DNA of 64,000 nucleotides, from the NCBI RefSeq assembly GCF_006345805.1, contig NC_043020.1, forward strand, positions 5,580,001-5,644,000. The letters run 5' to 3'. The stretch's first letter is position 1. Each line of letters starts with the position of its first letter. Positions 25,733 to 38,938 of this stretch are shown piece after piece. Origin of the DNA: Octopus sinensis (taxonomy: Eukaryota). A program made the position numbers and the translations under genes. The notes under the pieces are model-generated. The model saw only the letters and a list, made by a program, of their open reading frames with translations. It was not told where the DNA came from and made no database searches.

Positions 25733-26722
25733 TTAGTCCATGTTGATATCATCCATTTGACTGTCACTGTTCGATGGGACAATGTAGGTTCTGTCTCCAT
25801 GGATCAATTGTTTAACACTGTTTCTGACTGTCTTGCTTAACAGCAGCAGTAACATTGGGGCTCCGAAAGAAGTCCTTTTTGACCAAAGTGCAAATATATA
25901 TAGTGAAGTGGGAAAAGCATTCTCGGAAAGGAATTTATTGCTGGCGCCGAAAATAAGACATGCAACGACTAAAGTTCCACTGAAAAATCTAGTTATTATC
26001 ACCGTGATATCAATCATAAGAATAAATGTTATCATATCCATGAGTTTATCGAACCCGTAGAGAGACATGATGTGGATTTTACTGAGTTTTATGTACTGCA
26101 AGTAAATAAAGAATATCAAAATAGGGAAGGACAAACATGTTGTGAAAGCAAAGCCGTATATCTTGAGGTACTTACTGACGATGCTGACACAGATATCGGA
26201 GAGATGAATGAAGACATGTCCCATACGATACCAGTCGTTGACGTGGAGATATAACTCAACCGCTGTCGGAAATGCCCATGAAACTGCGCTGGACACCAAC
26301 ATTAATTTTTTAAACTTTGAAGTTTTGTACCAGTTTGGTTTCGCCAATGATACAGTTTGGTCGAGATTAACAAGGATTAAACTCAGCGTTGAGACGTCTT
26401 CAAATATATCGGTCAGCGTCATGATAATCAGACAGGATGAATAACTATAGTTCCATCGGTTTCCCGTGGAGAGAAGCTGGGCTTGGATTGGAAGTCCGAT
26501 GCATCCATAAAAAAAGTTAGCGATGGTAAAGTTCCCGATTGAGAGAAGGAAAGATATTGTGTAATTAGCCCGGCTCCAAAACAACAAGATGCCGACCAAA
26601 AGGTTTATCAAAACGGTCAGAAGGGAGAGTAAAGCTGAAACAATGACCAATGAGTCAAGGGTTCCGTTCATCTTCATTGCAACACTGCTGTTGAGGTCTG
26701 CTTTTTCTTGGTCGACATCCAT
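25733..26722 (-). CDS. Intronless atypical class A (rhodopsin-like) GPCR, 329 aa
   Basis: Uninterrupted ORF with seven hydrophobic segments; N40 (1.50), W90 in ECL1, C97 (3.25) and C178 (ECL2), LDQTVSLAKP at the DRY position, W149 (4.50), P200 (5.50), P289 in TM7; A-rich context aaaacaaaATG. Confidence 0.88.
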   Translation of the reverse strand: MDVDQEKADLNSSVAMKMNGTLDSLVIVSALLSLLTVLINLLVGILLFWSRANYTISFLLSIGNFTIANFFYGCIGLPIQAQLLSTGNRWNYSYSSCLIIMTLTDIFEDVSTLSLILVNLDQTVSLAKPNWYKTSKFKKLMLVSSAVSWAFPTAVELYLHVNDWYRMGHVFIHLSDICVSIVSKYLKIYGFAFTTCLSFPILIFFIYLQYIKLSKIHIMSLYGFDKLMDMITFILMIDITVIITRFFSGTLVVACLIFGASNKFLSENAFPTSLYIFALWSKRTSFGAPMLLLLLSKTVRNSVKQLIHGDRTYIVPSNSDSQMDDINMD

Positions 26723-26938
26723 TTTGTTTTAGTTAGAGGTTCCTCTCGACAGAAGAAGATGAAGGGAGGAAGTGAGAGACTGGCCTTAGAATTCTGGGAT
26801 GATGATGGTGATGAGGATGATGATGAAGGTGGTAGTAGAAGACAGACAGACAGACAGTTAGATAGATAGATTGCTAGAAAGATAGATAAATATATAGTAG
26901 ATTGCTAGAAAGATAGACAGATAGATGGATAGAGAGAC

Positions 26939-26969
<31 letters not shown>

Positions 26970-27058
26970 TAGAGAGAGATAAAGAGATAGATAGATAGAG
27001 ATAAAGAGATAGATAGATAGACAGATAGATAGATAGAGAGAGAGAGAGATATATAAAG

Positions 27059-27101
<43 letters not shown>

Positions 27102-27429
27102 CAAATGGATAGATAGAGAAACAAATTGATAGATAGATAGAGATAGACAGATTGATAGAAAGATAAATAGATAAACAAATAGACAGGGAGACAGACAGAT
27201 AGATAGATGGGTGGGTAGATAAGCAGGTTAAGTAGGTGGATATATAATTGCAGAGATATAAAGATGGGAAGAATCTTCCTATTACTTCTGTCCAAATACT
27301 ATCAACTCCTTGTTGTCGGTTATAAAGTCACAATGGCAACATTTCATTATAAAACCAATCTGAGATCGATTGGCTGATTTGGTTCAGCTTTAATTTCTTT
27401 CCCTTCCACCCTGACGATGCATTGATCAT

Positions 27430-28470
27430 CAGTTCCATTCATAAACATGTTTAGTTCTTCCATCATTGTCAAAGAGTTTAATTCAACTCTTGGAAACCAA
27501 ATTGTCAGTTTTGTTCATTAAATCAAAGTGTTTAATTTCTTCTTCAGATTGAAGCGTTTAACTCTGGTAAGTCAATGTGTTTAGCTTGCCCTTCAGCCTT
27601 TTGTGTTTAACTCTTAAAGGGAACTAATGTCTAACTTGTATACCATATCAAGATGTTTAGTTCTTGAAAAAATAACTGTTTCACTTCTCCATCACATTGA
27701 GGTATGTAGTTCTTGAAAATGTATCTAACTTGTCATGGTGTTTAGCTCTTGAAAGAGTGTTTAACTTGTCAGTTAGTTCATGATGTTTAGCTCTTGAAAA
27801 TAACAGGTGTTTAACTTCTTCATCAGATCAAGGTGTTCAGTAATTGATAAAGTATTTACCTTGTCGATCAGAAGGTGGTGTTTAGCTCTTGAAAAAAATT
27901 AATATGTCCATCAAGATTGAGGTGTTTAACTCACAAAAAAATACTGAAATGTTTCATTTGATCGTCAAATTGAAGTGTTTAGCTCTTGAAAATTCGAAGT
28001 GTTTAACTTGTCCATCAGGATGATATTTTTAGCTCGTTATTAAAAAAATAGTGTCTAAGTTACGTATCAAACTAGCATTTAGCTCTGGTAAGCCAAATTT
28101 CTTAAACTGCCCATCAGAATGAAGTGTTTAGCTCTGATGTTTAGCTAGAAGATCTAATTTCTCCATCAGATGAAATCAGGTGAAATTTTAAACACAAACA
28201 ACAAACTTACAAGTGTTTAATCCCAATACAACATAGCTGTTTACATGATCAGTGTTTATCTCTGCTACATGTTATGTGTTCAATCTGCCCATCAGACTAC
28301 AGTGTTTTTAGTTGAAGCAAGTAAAAGTGTTTAGTTTTCATCACATTAAAACATTCAATTCCATCAAACAAATATGCTTCGACTCCATTACGCCAACATG
28401 TTTAGCAGATTTTCAGCTCCTACACACTAAATGTGTTCAGTTTAGTCAAAGTGAACACTTTAGCAGCTGC
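27430..28470. repeat. Old degenerate minisatellite with core GTGTTTA(A/G)CT
   Basis: The core recurs about every 20-27 bp, alternating ...CTCTTGAAAA and ...CTTGTCCATCAGA subunits. Confidence 0.7.
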
Positions 28471-28504
28471 AGAAAGTTCCAGATTGGGAACTTTTTGCAG
28501 ATAA

Positions 28505-28716
28505 GGCGGCGAGCTGGCAGAAATGTTAGCACGTATTTCGTCTGCTGTTATGTTCTGAGTTCAAATTCCGCCAAGGTCGACTTTGCCTTTCATCCTTTCG
28601 GGGTCGATAAATTAAGTACCAGTTACGCACTGGAGTCGATATAAGCGACTTAATCCCTTTGTCTGTCCTTGTTTGTCCCCTCTATGTTTAGCCCTTTGTG
28701 GGCAATAAAGAAATAA
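28505..28716 (+). mobile_element. SINE family B, long-tail subfamily (representative copy)
   Basis: GGCGGCGAGCTGGCAG head, GAGTTCAAATTCC B-box-like motif, CCTTTCATCCTTTCGGGGTCGATAAA core, tail ending GCCCTTTGTGGGCAATAAAG. Many copies with long or short tails (8200-8640, 12500-12700, 15725-16690, 20820-21010, 43725-43930, 55990-56844). Confidence 0.88.
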
Positions 28717-29339
28717 AGTTCCAGATTGGGGTGAATCTTCAAGAGGTTTTACCTCTCTCTCTCTCTATTGTGTCCTGGTTAAGATCTGGAGAAAAAGAAA
28801 CAGACAAAAATGAGAAAAATTCCATAAATAAAAATGTGTTCTCACACACATATACACAGCTAAGGTAGTAGCATTGAGTTGCCAGAGCAAAACTCTCCCT
28901 TGTTCCTTGATGGTTTTGCTTTGGCAACCCAGCACTACCATTTTACACTTCCCCATTCCATATACCCCCACCCCCCTTAACCCATTAAGTCCCACTGTCC
29001 TATAAATAAGACACTAAATGAGAACATTAAACAAGCTATATCACACAACTGATCAAACAAATGAATCTTCACTGTCAAACATTTAGAGACCCACCAGTGT
29101 AATGGTTGTAACTGTTTCTTGTAACTGCATGGTAAGAGAGAGAGAGTGAGACAGTGAGGAAGTGTGATAAATGTTTGACCATTATAACAGTTGTAGTCAT
29201 AGAGTTTACAACTTTTGTGTTTGCAATAACATTCCTCAGTCCTATTGGTCATTTGTACCATGTTCAGATGATTGCAGGCTTGTGGTTCATTACTGAGAAG
29301 ATTTTTTCTTTTAGTTTAAGTTTTATAGTATATTATTGA

Positions 29340-29700
29340 GTGAGAGAGAGCAGTGTTTTCCATCAAAGTGACACTGGGGTAAAATATACAAAGCCCAGTA
29401 TACCCATCATGACTATGTGTTTGACAAGGGTACACCAGGCACATGCATCACAACCATATGTGTGCGACATGGTGATCTTATATCAAGATTAACAGTGGAG
29501 CCCAGGTAGAATTTTCTTGAGGTTGAGTAGCCCATCCAGCTCGAAAGGTCCCTGAATAAGGGTTACCTAGGGATGTTGAACGAAACACCCAAACTCCAAA
29601 GAATTCCTCTCAACACATGACTATGATGCTCTCCAACTACTTCTGCTTGTGATTAGAGATGCAGATATCATCAGCCACTAAGGGACATGATCAACTTGCA
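29340..29700. repeat. Unclassified interspersed repeat (also ~7660-7870 and ~11340-11570)
   Basis: Shared AAGGGTACACCAGGCACATG...ATATCAAGAT and CAGCCACTAAGGGACATG blocks at three loci. Confidence 0.7.
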
Positions 29701-30068
29701 AAAATGAGTTGTACTTGTATTTGAAAGGGCCAGCCTTGTCACACTCTGTGTCATGCTGAATTTCCCTGAGAACTACGTTAAGGGTGCACGTGTCTGCCCC
29801 TTGCATGTTCATTTCACGAGCAGGCTGGTCTGTTGATTGTAGTTCACCTGAGCACTATACACAATAATTTCATCACTATTATTTCTATTTTAACTGGAAC
29901 CCTCGTCGTCGTAAGCGACGGAATGCCATATTACTCTTTTACTTGTTTCAGTCATTTGACTGCGGCCATGCTGGAGCACCGCCTTTAGTCGAGCAACTCG
30001 ACCTCGGGACTTATTCTTTGTAAGCCCAGTACTTATTCTATGTATTCTGCACCCATAATCGCACATAC

Positions 30069-30478
30069 CGGATCTTTTCGGTTTGAACGGCAGTTTTTTA
30101 AAATAATTTCCACGTAACTAAACACTTTTAAACTTCGTATACTGGTAGAATGTGTTTATAAAACATCTTTTTCTCTTGGCTTTATTGAGAAAATTCTATA
30201 GTTTGTAAGATATTCGCTGTTTTTTTCTTCAATTTCTGCAACTTCAACCAATCAATGATATCTATTGAGGTGAAAACATTCTGTGCCGTATGAATATGTC
30301 CTCGTTTAAGAAACAGATTGGGTTTATTTACATTTGTGAAGAAAAAAAGGTATCCTTCCCCCACCCCTAACCCTAAAACAGATTGAAATGCAATAGATCG
30401 ATACTAGGGTCATAATTATGGGTGACAATTTCATATGACACCGCTAGAAAGAACTGCCGTTCAAACGGAAAAGATACC
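30069..30478. mobile_element. MITE, same family as 3116-3512
   Basis: Same TIRs and internal sequence including CCCTAACCCTAA; partial flanking duplication (catac). Confidence 0.8.
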
Positions 30479-30723
30479 ATACCTGACCTACAATTCTCTA
30501 GCTGAAAATACTCAAAATTGGTGAGAGAGTTGTTTCAGGGGAGGTAACTTTGCATAATTACAACTCCAGAGATTTTAATGGAGTTTGTTAAATTTTAACT
30601 AATCTGGTTGTAGATTTACGTCATAACTCACACGGAACAGCAGTTTGCACCTGACTAATCAGGCAACAGCAATCCTCTAAGTAACAGTATAATGTACCAG
30701 CCAAATATCTATCCACCTTTCTG

Positions 30724-30760
<37 letters not shown>

Positions 30761-30812
30761 GTCTATCTATCTATCAATCTATCTATCTATCTATTTATCT
30801 ATCCATCTATCC

Positions 30813-30845
<33 letters not shown>

Positions 30846-30990
30846 CTTATCTATCTATCTATCTTTATCTATCTATCTATATCTATCTATCTTTATCTAT
30901 CTGTCTATATCTATCTATCTATCTATCTTTATCTATCTATCTATCTATATCTATCTATCTATCTATCAATCTATCTATCTATCTACTATC

Positions 30991-31021
<31 letters not shown>

Positions 31022-31157
31022 CCATCTATCCATCTATCTATCTATCTATCCATCTATCCATCTATCTATCTATCTATCTACTTATCTATCTATCTATCTT
31101 TATCTATCTATCTATATCTATCTATCTATCTATCTATCTTTATCTATCTATCTATCT

Positions 31158-31256
<99 letters not shown>

Positions 31257-31322
31257 CTTATCTATTGATTTACATCCATCCATCCATCCATCTGGATAGA
31301 TAGATAGATAGATAGATAGATA

Positions 31323-31453
31323 TGTTTGTTTATTAACCACACAGTGCTGAACACAGAGGGGACAAAATATGAAGTAGAACTTTTCTTTTTGGGAAGGAAA
31401 GAAGAAAAAAAGAGGGTGTTGAATTTCAATCAAAAGGGATCGTGGAAAAGAAA
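31323..31453 (-). mobile_element. Second, short 3' end of the same Tx1-like family
   Basis: tttattaaccacacagtgctgaacacagaggggacaaa...tcaaaaggg aligns with 38943-39070 and again abuts a (GATA)n tract (31295-31322). Confidence 0.7.
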
Positions 31454-31660
31454 ATATACACACACACGCATATATATATATATATATATACACATACATA
31501 CATATATTTAGACATACATGTATACATGGACACACACACACACACACAGTGTGGCTATGGGGTTGTGAACCATGTGAGTGAGGGTTCAGTCCCATTACAT
31601 AGCACCTTGGGTAAGATGCTTATGATGATCATGATCATGGTGACGGTGATGATGGTGATG

Positions 31661-31691
<31 letters not shown>

Positions 31692-32236
31692 CGATGAAGA
31701 TGATGATGGTGATGGTGATGATGGTGATGATGATGATGGTGATGATGGTGATGATGATGATGATGATGATGATGACGATGAAGATGATGGTGATGATGGT
31801 GATGATGGTGATGATGATGATGGTGATGATGGTGATGATGATGATGATGATGATGATGACGATGAAGATGATGATGGTGATGGTGATGATGGTGATGATG
31901 ATGATGATGATGATGGTGATGATGGTGATGATGATGATGATGATGATGATGACGATGAAGATGATGATGGTGATGGTGATGATGGTGATGACAATGATGA
32001 TGATGGTATCTATAACGAAAAGGAAAAGAAAAAGAAGAAAAGAAAATAGTTTGTCTTACCTTAGCGCCTGGGAACGCACACGTACACACACACACACACA
32101 CAAAAAAGGAGAGGCACCAACGTTATCCTTGAATATCTGTGTAGAGAATGGTAAACCTGTTGATGCTGTTTCAAGTGGGAGAGGAACCCTACTTTTGAAA
32201 GCTGCTGCTGATGACGCTGGTGCTGCTGCTGATGAC

Positions 32237-32267
<31 letters not shown>

Positions 32268-32379
32268 CTGTTTGGGGTGGGATGGGGGTGGGAGGGTTAA
32301 ATGCAGCAATTTCACTCGCACGCACAGACACGTATAGACACACATACATAGACATAAACAAACACATACACACAAAGGC

Positions 32380-33560
32380 ACACACACACACACATTCATG
32401 CACACACACAAACACACATACATACATACTGCATACATAGGCACACACACACACATTCATGCACACACACACACACACATGCATACATACATACATACAT
32501 AGGCACACACACACACATTCATGCACACACACACACATACATGCATACATACATACATACATAGGCACACACACACACATTCATGCACACACACACACAC
32601 ATACATACATACTGCATACATAGGCACACACACACACATTCATGCACACACACACACACACATGCATACATACATACATAGGCACACACACACACATTCA
32701 TGCACACACACACACATACATGCATACATACATACATACATAGGCACACACACACACATTCATGCACACACACACACATACATGCATACATACATACATA
32801 CATAGGCACACACACACACATTCATGCACACACACACACATACATGCATACATACATACATACATAGGCACACACACACACATTCATGCACACAAACACA
32901 CATACATGCATACATACATACATACATAGCACACACACACACATTCATGCACACACACCACACACATACATACAACTGACATACATAGGCACCACCACAC
33001 ACATTCATGCACACCACACACACACACATGCACACATACATACATACATAGGCAAACACCACACACTTCATGCACACACACACACAACATGCATACATAC
33101 ATACATACATAGGCACACACACACACATTCATGCACACACACACACATACATGCATACATACATACATACATAGGCACACACAACACATTCATGCATACC
33201 TACATACATACATAGCCCACACACACACACATTCATGCACACACACACACACACATACATACATACTGCATACATAGGCACACACACACACATTCATGCA
33301 CACACACACACACACACATGCATACATACATACATACATAGGCACACACACACACATTCATGCACACACACACATACATGCAACACATACATACATAGGC
33401 ACACACAACCACACACATCATGCACACACACACACATACATGCATAACATACATACATACATAGGCAACCACACCACATTCATGCACACACACACACACA
33501 TGCCGCCATACCTACATACATAGGCACACACACACACATTCATGCAACACACACACACAC
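32380..33560. repeat. 62-bp higher-order repeat built from (CA)n and (TACA)n
   Basis: ATAGG(CA)nTTCATG(CA)nTACATGCA(TACA)n; the 62-nt period is visible in the ORF track (32457/32519, 32698/32760). Confidence 0.9.
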
Positions 33561-35785
33561 ACACGTACACACATAGGCGCACATGCACATACACAGACAT
33601 AGGCACACACACTCACACACACATAGGCACATACACACATAGGCGCACACACACACACACACTGACATATGCACACACACACACACAAATAAAACAATAG
33701 CTATCACATACTTTCAGATGTTGAATGCCTTACTTTCACCCGACCGAAAGTAGCTAATTAGTAAATTTATCAATAATGACAACAACAACAACAATAATAA
33801 TAATAATAAAGATGAGGATGAGGATGAGGAGGAAGAGGGGAGGAATAGAGCAACATGATGATGAAGGTGATGACGACAACGACGATGATGATGATGATGT
33901 GATGATGATGATGATGGATGATGATGATGACGATGATGGTGGTGGTGGTGACGATGATGATGATGATTATGATGATGATGATGGTGGTGGTGGTGGTGGT
34001 GGTGGTGATGATGATGATGATGATGGTGATGATGGCTAGGAAGAGGAGGATGTGACAATATTGATAACAACAAAAAATATTATCATTATTATTGTTGTTG
34101 TTGTTGTTGTTACTGTTGTCGTCATTATTCCTTTTTGCCTTTCATTCTTTCGGTGTTGATGGAATAAGTACCAGTTATGCACTGGGGTTGATGTAACCAT
34201 TTTGGCTCCCTCCTGCAAAGATTTCGACTTCACATCTAGAGTAGAAAGGATTATCCAAAGGACCCCCATCACTATCACATTTTATTTTTTTTAGTGTCAT
34301 ATACAATGTATGTGTCCCTTATTTTAACCCATAATGCATTGGGGTTTGCACTTACATTACATGGACTGGTGAGCCCTTTTTATGAAAATGTGACTACCAT
34401 ACACATATAAAAAAACAAAAAAATAGTTAAAATATCTTAGTATATCATGGAACTCCGTTGGTTATGACGACGAGGGTTCCAGTTGACTCAATCAACAGAA
34501 CAGCCTGCTCGTGAAATTAACGTGCAAGTGGCTGAGCACTCCACAGACACGTGTACCCTTAATGTAGTTCTCGGGGAGATTCAGTGTGACACAGAGTGTG
34601 ACAAGGCTGGCCCCTTTGAAATACAGATACAACAGAAACAGGAAGAAAGATTGAGAGAAAGTTGTGGTGAAAGAGTACAGCAGGGATCACCACCATCCCC
34701 TGCCGGAGCCTCATGGAGCTTTAGGTGTTTTCGCTCAATAAACACTCACAACGCCCGGTCTGGGAATTGAAACTGCGATCCTACAACAGCAAGTCTGTTG
34801 CCCTAACCACTGGGCCATTGCGCCTCCACTTTAGTATATAATGGTGACAAGGTTTACATCATCTGAAAAGTTACTAGTTGAGCTATTAGTCCTCTTGCAT
34901 TCTGGGGGGTCTCAGAGCGTTTGAGTGACATTAGACCTCACCAAACACTTATAAATTAAATGCACCTATCTGGGCCATGATCATGGCCTGTTGACCTGTG
35001 CCTGATGTCCACAATTGTGGCTCATCGCCCTTTGTGTGTTAATGTACCCTGTGTATACTTTGCCTCTTCCATTTTTTCTTCATTCCATTATATGTAAACC
35101 CCCAACACTTTATGTCTGTCTTTGTATTGTCCCCCTCATTCTTTGTCCTGGTGGCAAATAAACAAAAAGCATTATTATTAAAGACTATTGAAGAGGTTGC
35201 ATGAAGCGATTTTAGGAAATATGAATATGCAAATGAGTGGATATCGAACTGGTGAATGTGTTAATTAATAATAAGGCATTAAAACAGAATGACTCTCTCC
35301 AGACAATAAAATATGCTTCAACACCCAAATTCACATAAAGAATCTCGCAGATCAAATACAAAAGCAAAATTATTATTATTGGCCTTCTAGATGGGATGTA
35401 GCCAGCCCACTTATGCATACCTTCCGTTCTTGGGACACAAAACTCTACTCTACTTGTGAAGACCTGTTGAGGCAAGTGAGAATCAGAATCAGAATCGAAA
35501 TCGATCAATGGAAATTGCAGCTGAGATACCAGTGCTGGTGGCACGTAAGCTAACCATCCGAACGTGGCCGTTGCCAGCGCCGCCCCGACTGGCCTCGTGC
35601 CGGTGGCACGTAAAAAGCACCCACTACACTCATGGAGTGGTTGGCGTTAGGAAGGGCATCCAGCCGTAGAAACATTGCCAGATCAAACTGGGCCTGGTGC
35701 AGCCTTCTGGCTTCCCAGACCCCAGTTGAACCGTCCAACCCATGCTAGCATGGAAAGCGGACGCTAAACAATGATGATGATGATG

Positions 35786-35820
<35 letters not shown>

Positions 35821-35939
35821 GGGTTTTTCTTCTTCTTTCAAATTTGCTTCCATTTCTTGCCGAGTGTCTTCCCGACTCCTAGGGCAAAGAAACTCATTGT
35901 ATACATTGGTAGGCCATTTTTTTTTTTGATTGAAATAAA

Positions 35940-35991
<52 letters not shown>

Positions 35992-35999
35992 TATTATTA

Positions 36000-36032
<33 letters not shown>

Positions 36033-36739
36033 GCCACACATATTTATTTGCTTCATCTTCAGTTTAAGGCCATTTGTACTTTAATGTACTTTTTTTCTGA
36101 GCCCTTCAGGCTAATAAACAAACAATTATTGAAGTTGCTGTTGTGGTGGTGGTAGTGGTGGTGGTGGGGCTGATACTGCAGATTTGGTGGTACCAGCTGC
36201 AGTGTTGGTGGTGGAGGAGGAGAAACGAGGAGAAGAAGAAGAAGAAGAAGAAGAAGAAGAAGAAGAAGAAGGAGGAAAAGAAAAGTTAATTTATCGCATA
36301 ATCTATTATTTCTACCAAAGTCTACCAACCAACCCTTTTCCCCACCTTTCTTCCTGCCCCTTCCACATGACCCTCCCCACATCACCTCATTCTTCTCCGC
36401 ATCACTCACTTCTCTCCTTCTCTTTCCCACCTCCCCGTCACCCCCTTTCAATTCTACCCTCCGCTCCATCCCTGCCACATCCCCGAACCCCCCAGCTCCG
36501 TTAATGAAAACAGGATTCAGATAGGATTAATGACATAGATTAAAATACGGATAATGTTCACGTCTATTTGCACAGGGAGAGGATTATGGGATAGATGATG
36601 GTGATGGGTGGTCGTGGTGGGAAGGGCAACTTGTTTGAGATAATAATTGCTTCTGGCTTAGGCAAAAAGACTGACAGTTTTAGGGGGAGGAGGGGGATTC
36701 GTTGCTACCATTGCACCCCCCAGTACAGCACTGGTACTT

Positions 36740-37599
36740 CATCATCATCATCATATTTGTTATTGATAATTTTGTCATCATCATCATCATCATCCTCATC
36801 ATCATCATCCTCATCATCATCATTGTTTTAGTTGTCGTCATCATCACTGCTGTCGTCATCATCATCATCTTCATCATCATTATCATCAACATTACTACCA
36901 TCTTTATGGCCATCATCATCACCATCATCATCATCGTCGCCACTGTCATCAACATTACTATCATCATTATTGTCATCATCATCATCACCATCATCACCTT
37001 CACCATCATCAACCTCATCATCATCCTCATCATTATCATCATCCTTATCATCATCATCATCGCCTTCATCATCATCATCATCATCATTATTGCCATTATC
37101 ATCATCCCCTTCACCATCATCAAACTTATCATCACCTTCATCATCATCATCATCACCATTGCCATCATCCTTATTATCATCATCATCATCGCCATCATCA
37201 TCATCATTCATCATCATCACCATCATCGTTATCGTCATCATCACTTAATTCCTGTTTTCCATACTGTCATGGCTGAGATGATTTGACTAGAATTGGTCAG
37301 TCGTAGATCTGCTCCAAGTTCCAGGAAGGATGGAAGGCAAGTTCCAGAGAGGATGAGAGGCAAATTTTTCTCCAGTGGCATTTGAACTTTTCGCAGAACA
37401 TAATGAACCAGTAGAAATACTTCTATGCCTGGTTATCGCCTTTCGACTAAAATTTGCTCTGAAACCAACCCTTATGGTCTACCTGTTGAAAACTTACCTG
37501 TATTTAGGAAGCTTTTCGAAAACTCCAAGACTCTGTCCTTCCTTTTCTTCAACCAACGGTTGCACTGGCAACTCCGCCACCACAACCTCCAACACTATC

Positions 37600-37633
<34 letters not shown>

Positions 37634-37800
37634 CCATCATCCTCATCATCATCATCATCATCATCATAATCATCAACATCATCATCATCATCATCATCAT
37701 AATCATCATCATCATCATCATCCTCATCATCATCATCATCATCATCACCACCACCACCACCACCATCAACCTCACTTTTATTCATTACTAACATCTTACC
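36740..37800. repeat. (CAT)n/(CAC)n trinucleotide fields (others at 9140-9570, 31620-32010 and 33770-34040)
   Basis: Direct inspection. Confidence 0.95.
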
Positions 37801-38589
37801 CTCAGTAAAACCTGTGCCATACAAAAACCACCACCACCACCACCACAAGCATATCATCAAATACAGCATTTCCAGCCCCGCCCCCACCTACCCGTCCCCC
37901 ACCTTTACCGCTACGGCAGGTTCACCTCCAATCAATTTATTTCTAGACAGCCTCCCTTTTAGCATCCTCGCACAAAAGAGAGGGCTGCCTCCCTTCTCTG
38001 CCATTGTCTGGCACTGCGACTGAGTGTAAATGCATACATACGTACACACATACATACATATATACATATATATACACACACATACATACATTCGTACATA
38101 CAGACAGACAGACAGACAAACATGCATGTATACATATATACATACATATGTACATACATATTCATAGATACATACATACACACATACATATATACATATA
38201 TACATACATATTCATAGATACATACATACACATACATATATACATACATATATACATACATACATATGTACATACTTACATACATGTATACATATATATA
38301 AGAACATTTATTCATACATACTCTTTTACTCTTTTACTTGTTTCAGTCATTTGACTGCGGCCATGCTGGAGCACCGCCTTTAGTCGAGCAAATCAACCTC
38401 AGGACTTATTCCTTCTAAGCCCAGTACTTATTCTATCAGTCTCTTTTTGCCGAACTGCTAAGTGACATGTATACATGCATACATACATATATATACATAT
38501 ACACACATACACATACATGCACATATACACATATATGTATATGCATGCATGCATATATATTTATATATATATATATACATATATACATA

Positions 38590-38729
38590 CACACAGATAG
38601 ATAGATGGATGGATGGATTGATGGACAGACAGACAGACGGACGAATGGATGGATGGATGGATGGTTAGACAGACAGACAGACAGACAGACAGATAGATAG
38701 AGATAGATATAGAAATAGACAGATAGATG

Positions 38730-38761
<32 letters not shown>

Positions 38762-38772
38762 TAGAAATAGAC

Positions 38773-38843
<71 letters not shown>

Positions 38844-38876
38844 CAGATAGATAGATAGATAGATATAGAAATAGAC

Positions 38877-38938
<62 letters not shown>

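Noticed and set aside
25833-26444. Short plus-strand ORFs overlapping the atypical GPCR
   Set aside because: Antisense shadows of the 329-aa coding sequence.
31442-32440. 332-aa Met-rich ORF and similar poly-M/H/D/I/S, YI/CV and YLSI ORFs across the window
   Set aside because: Direct products of (GAT)n, (TA)n, (TG)n and (TATC)n microsatellites.
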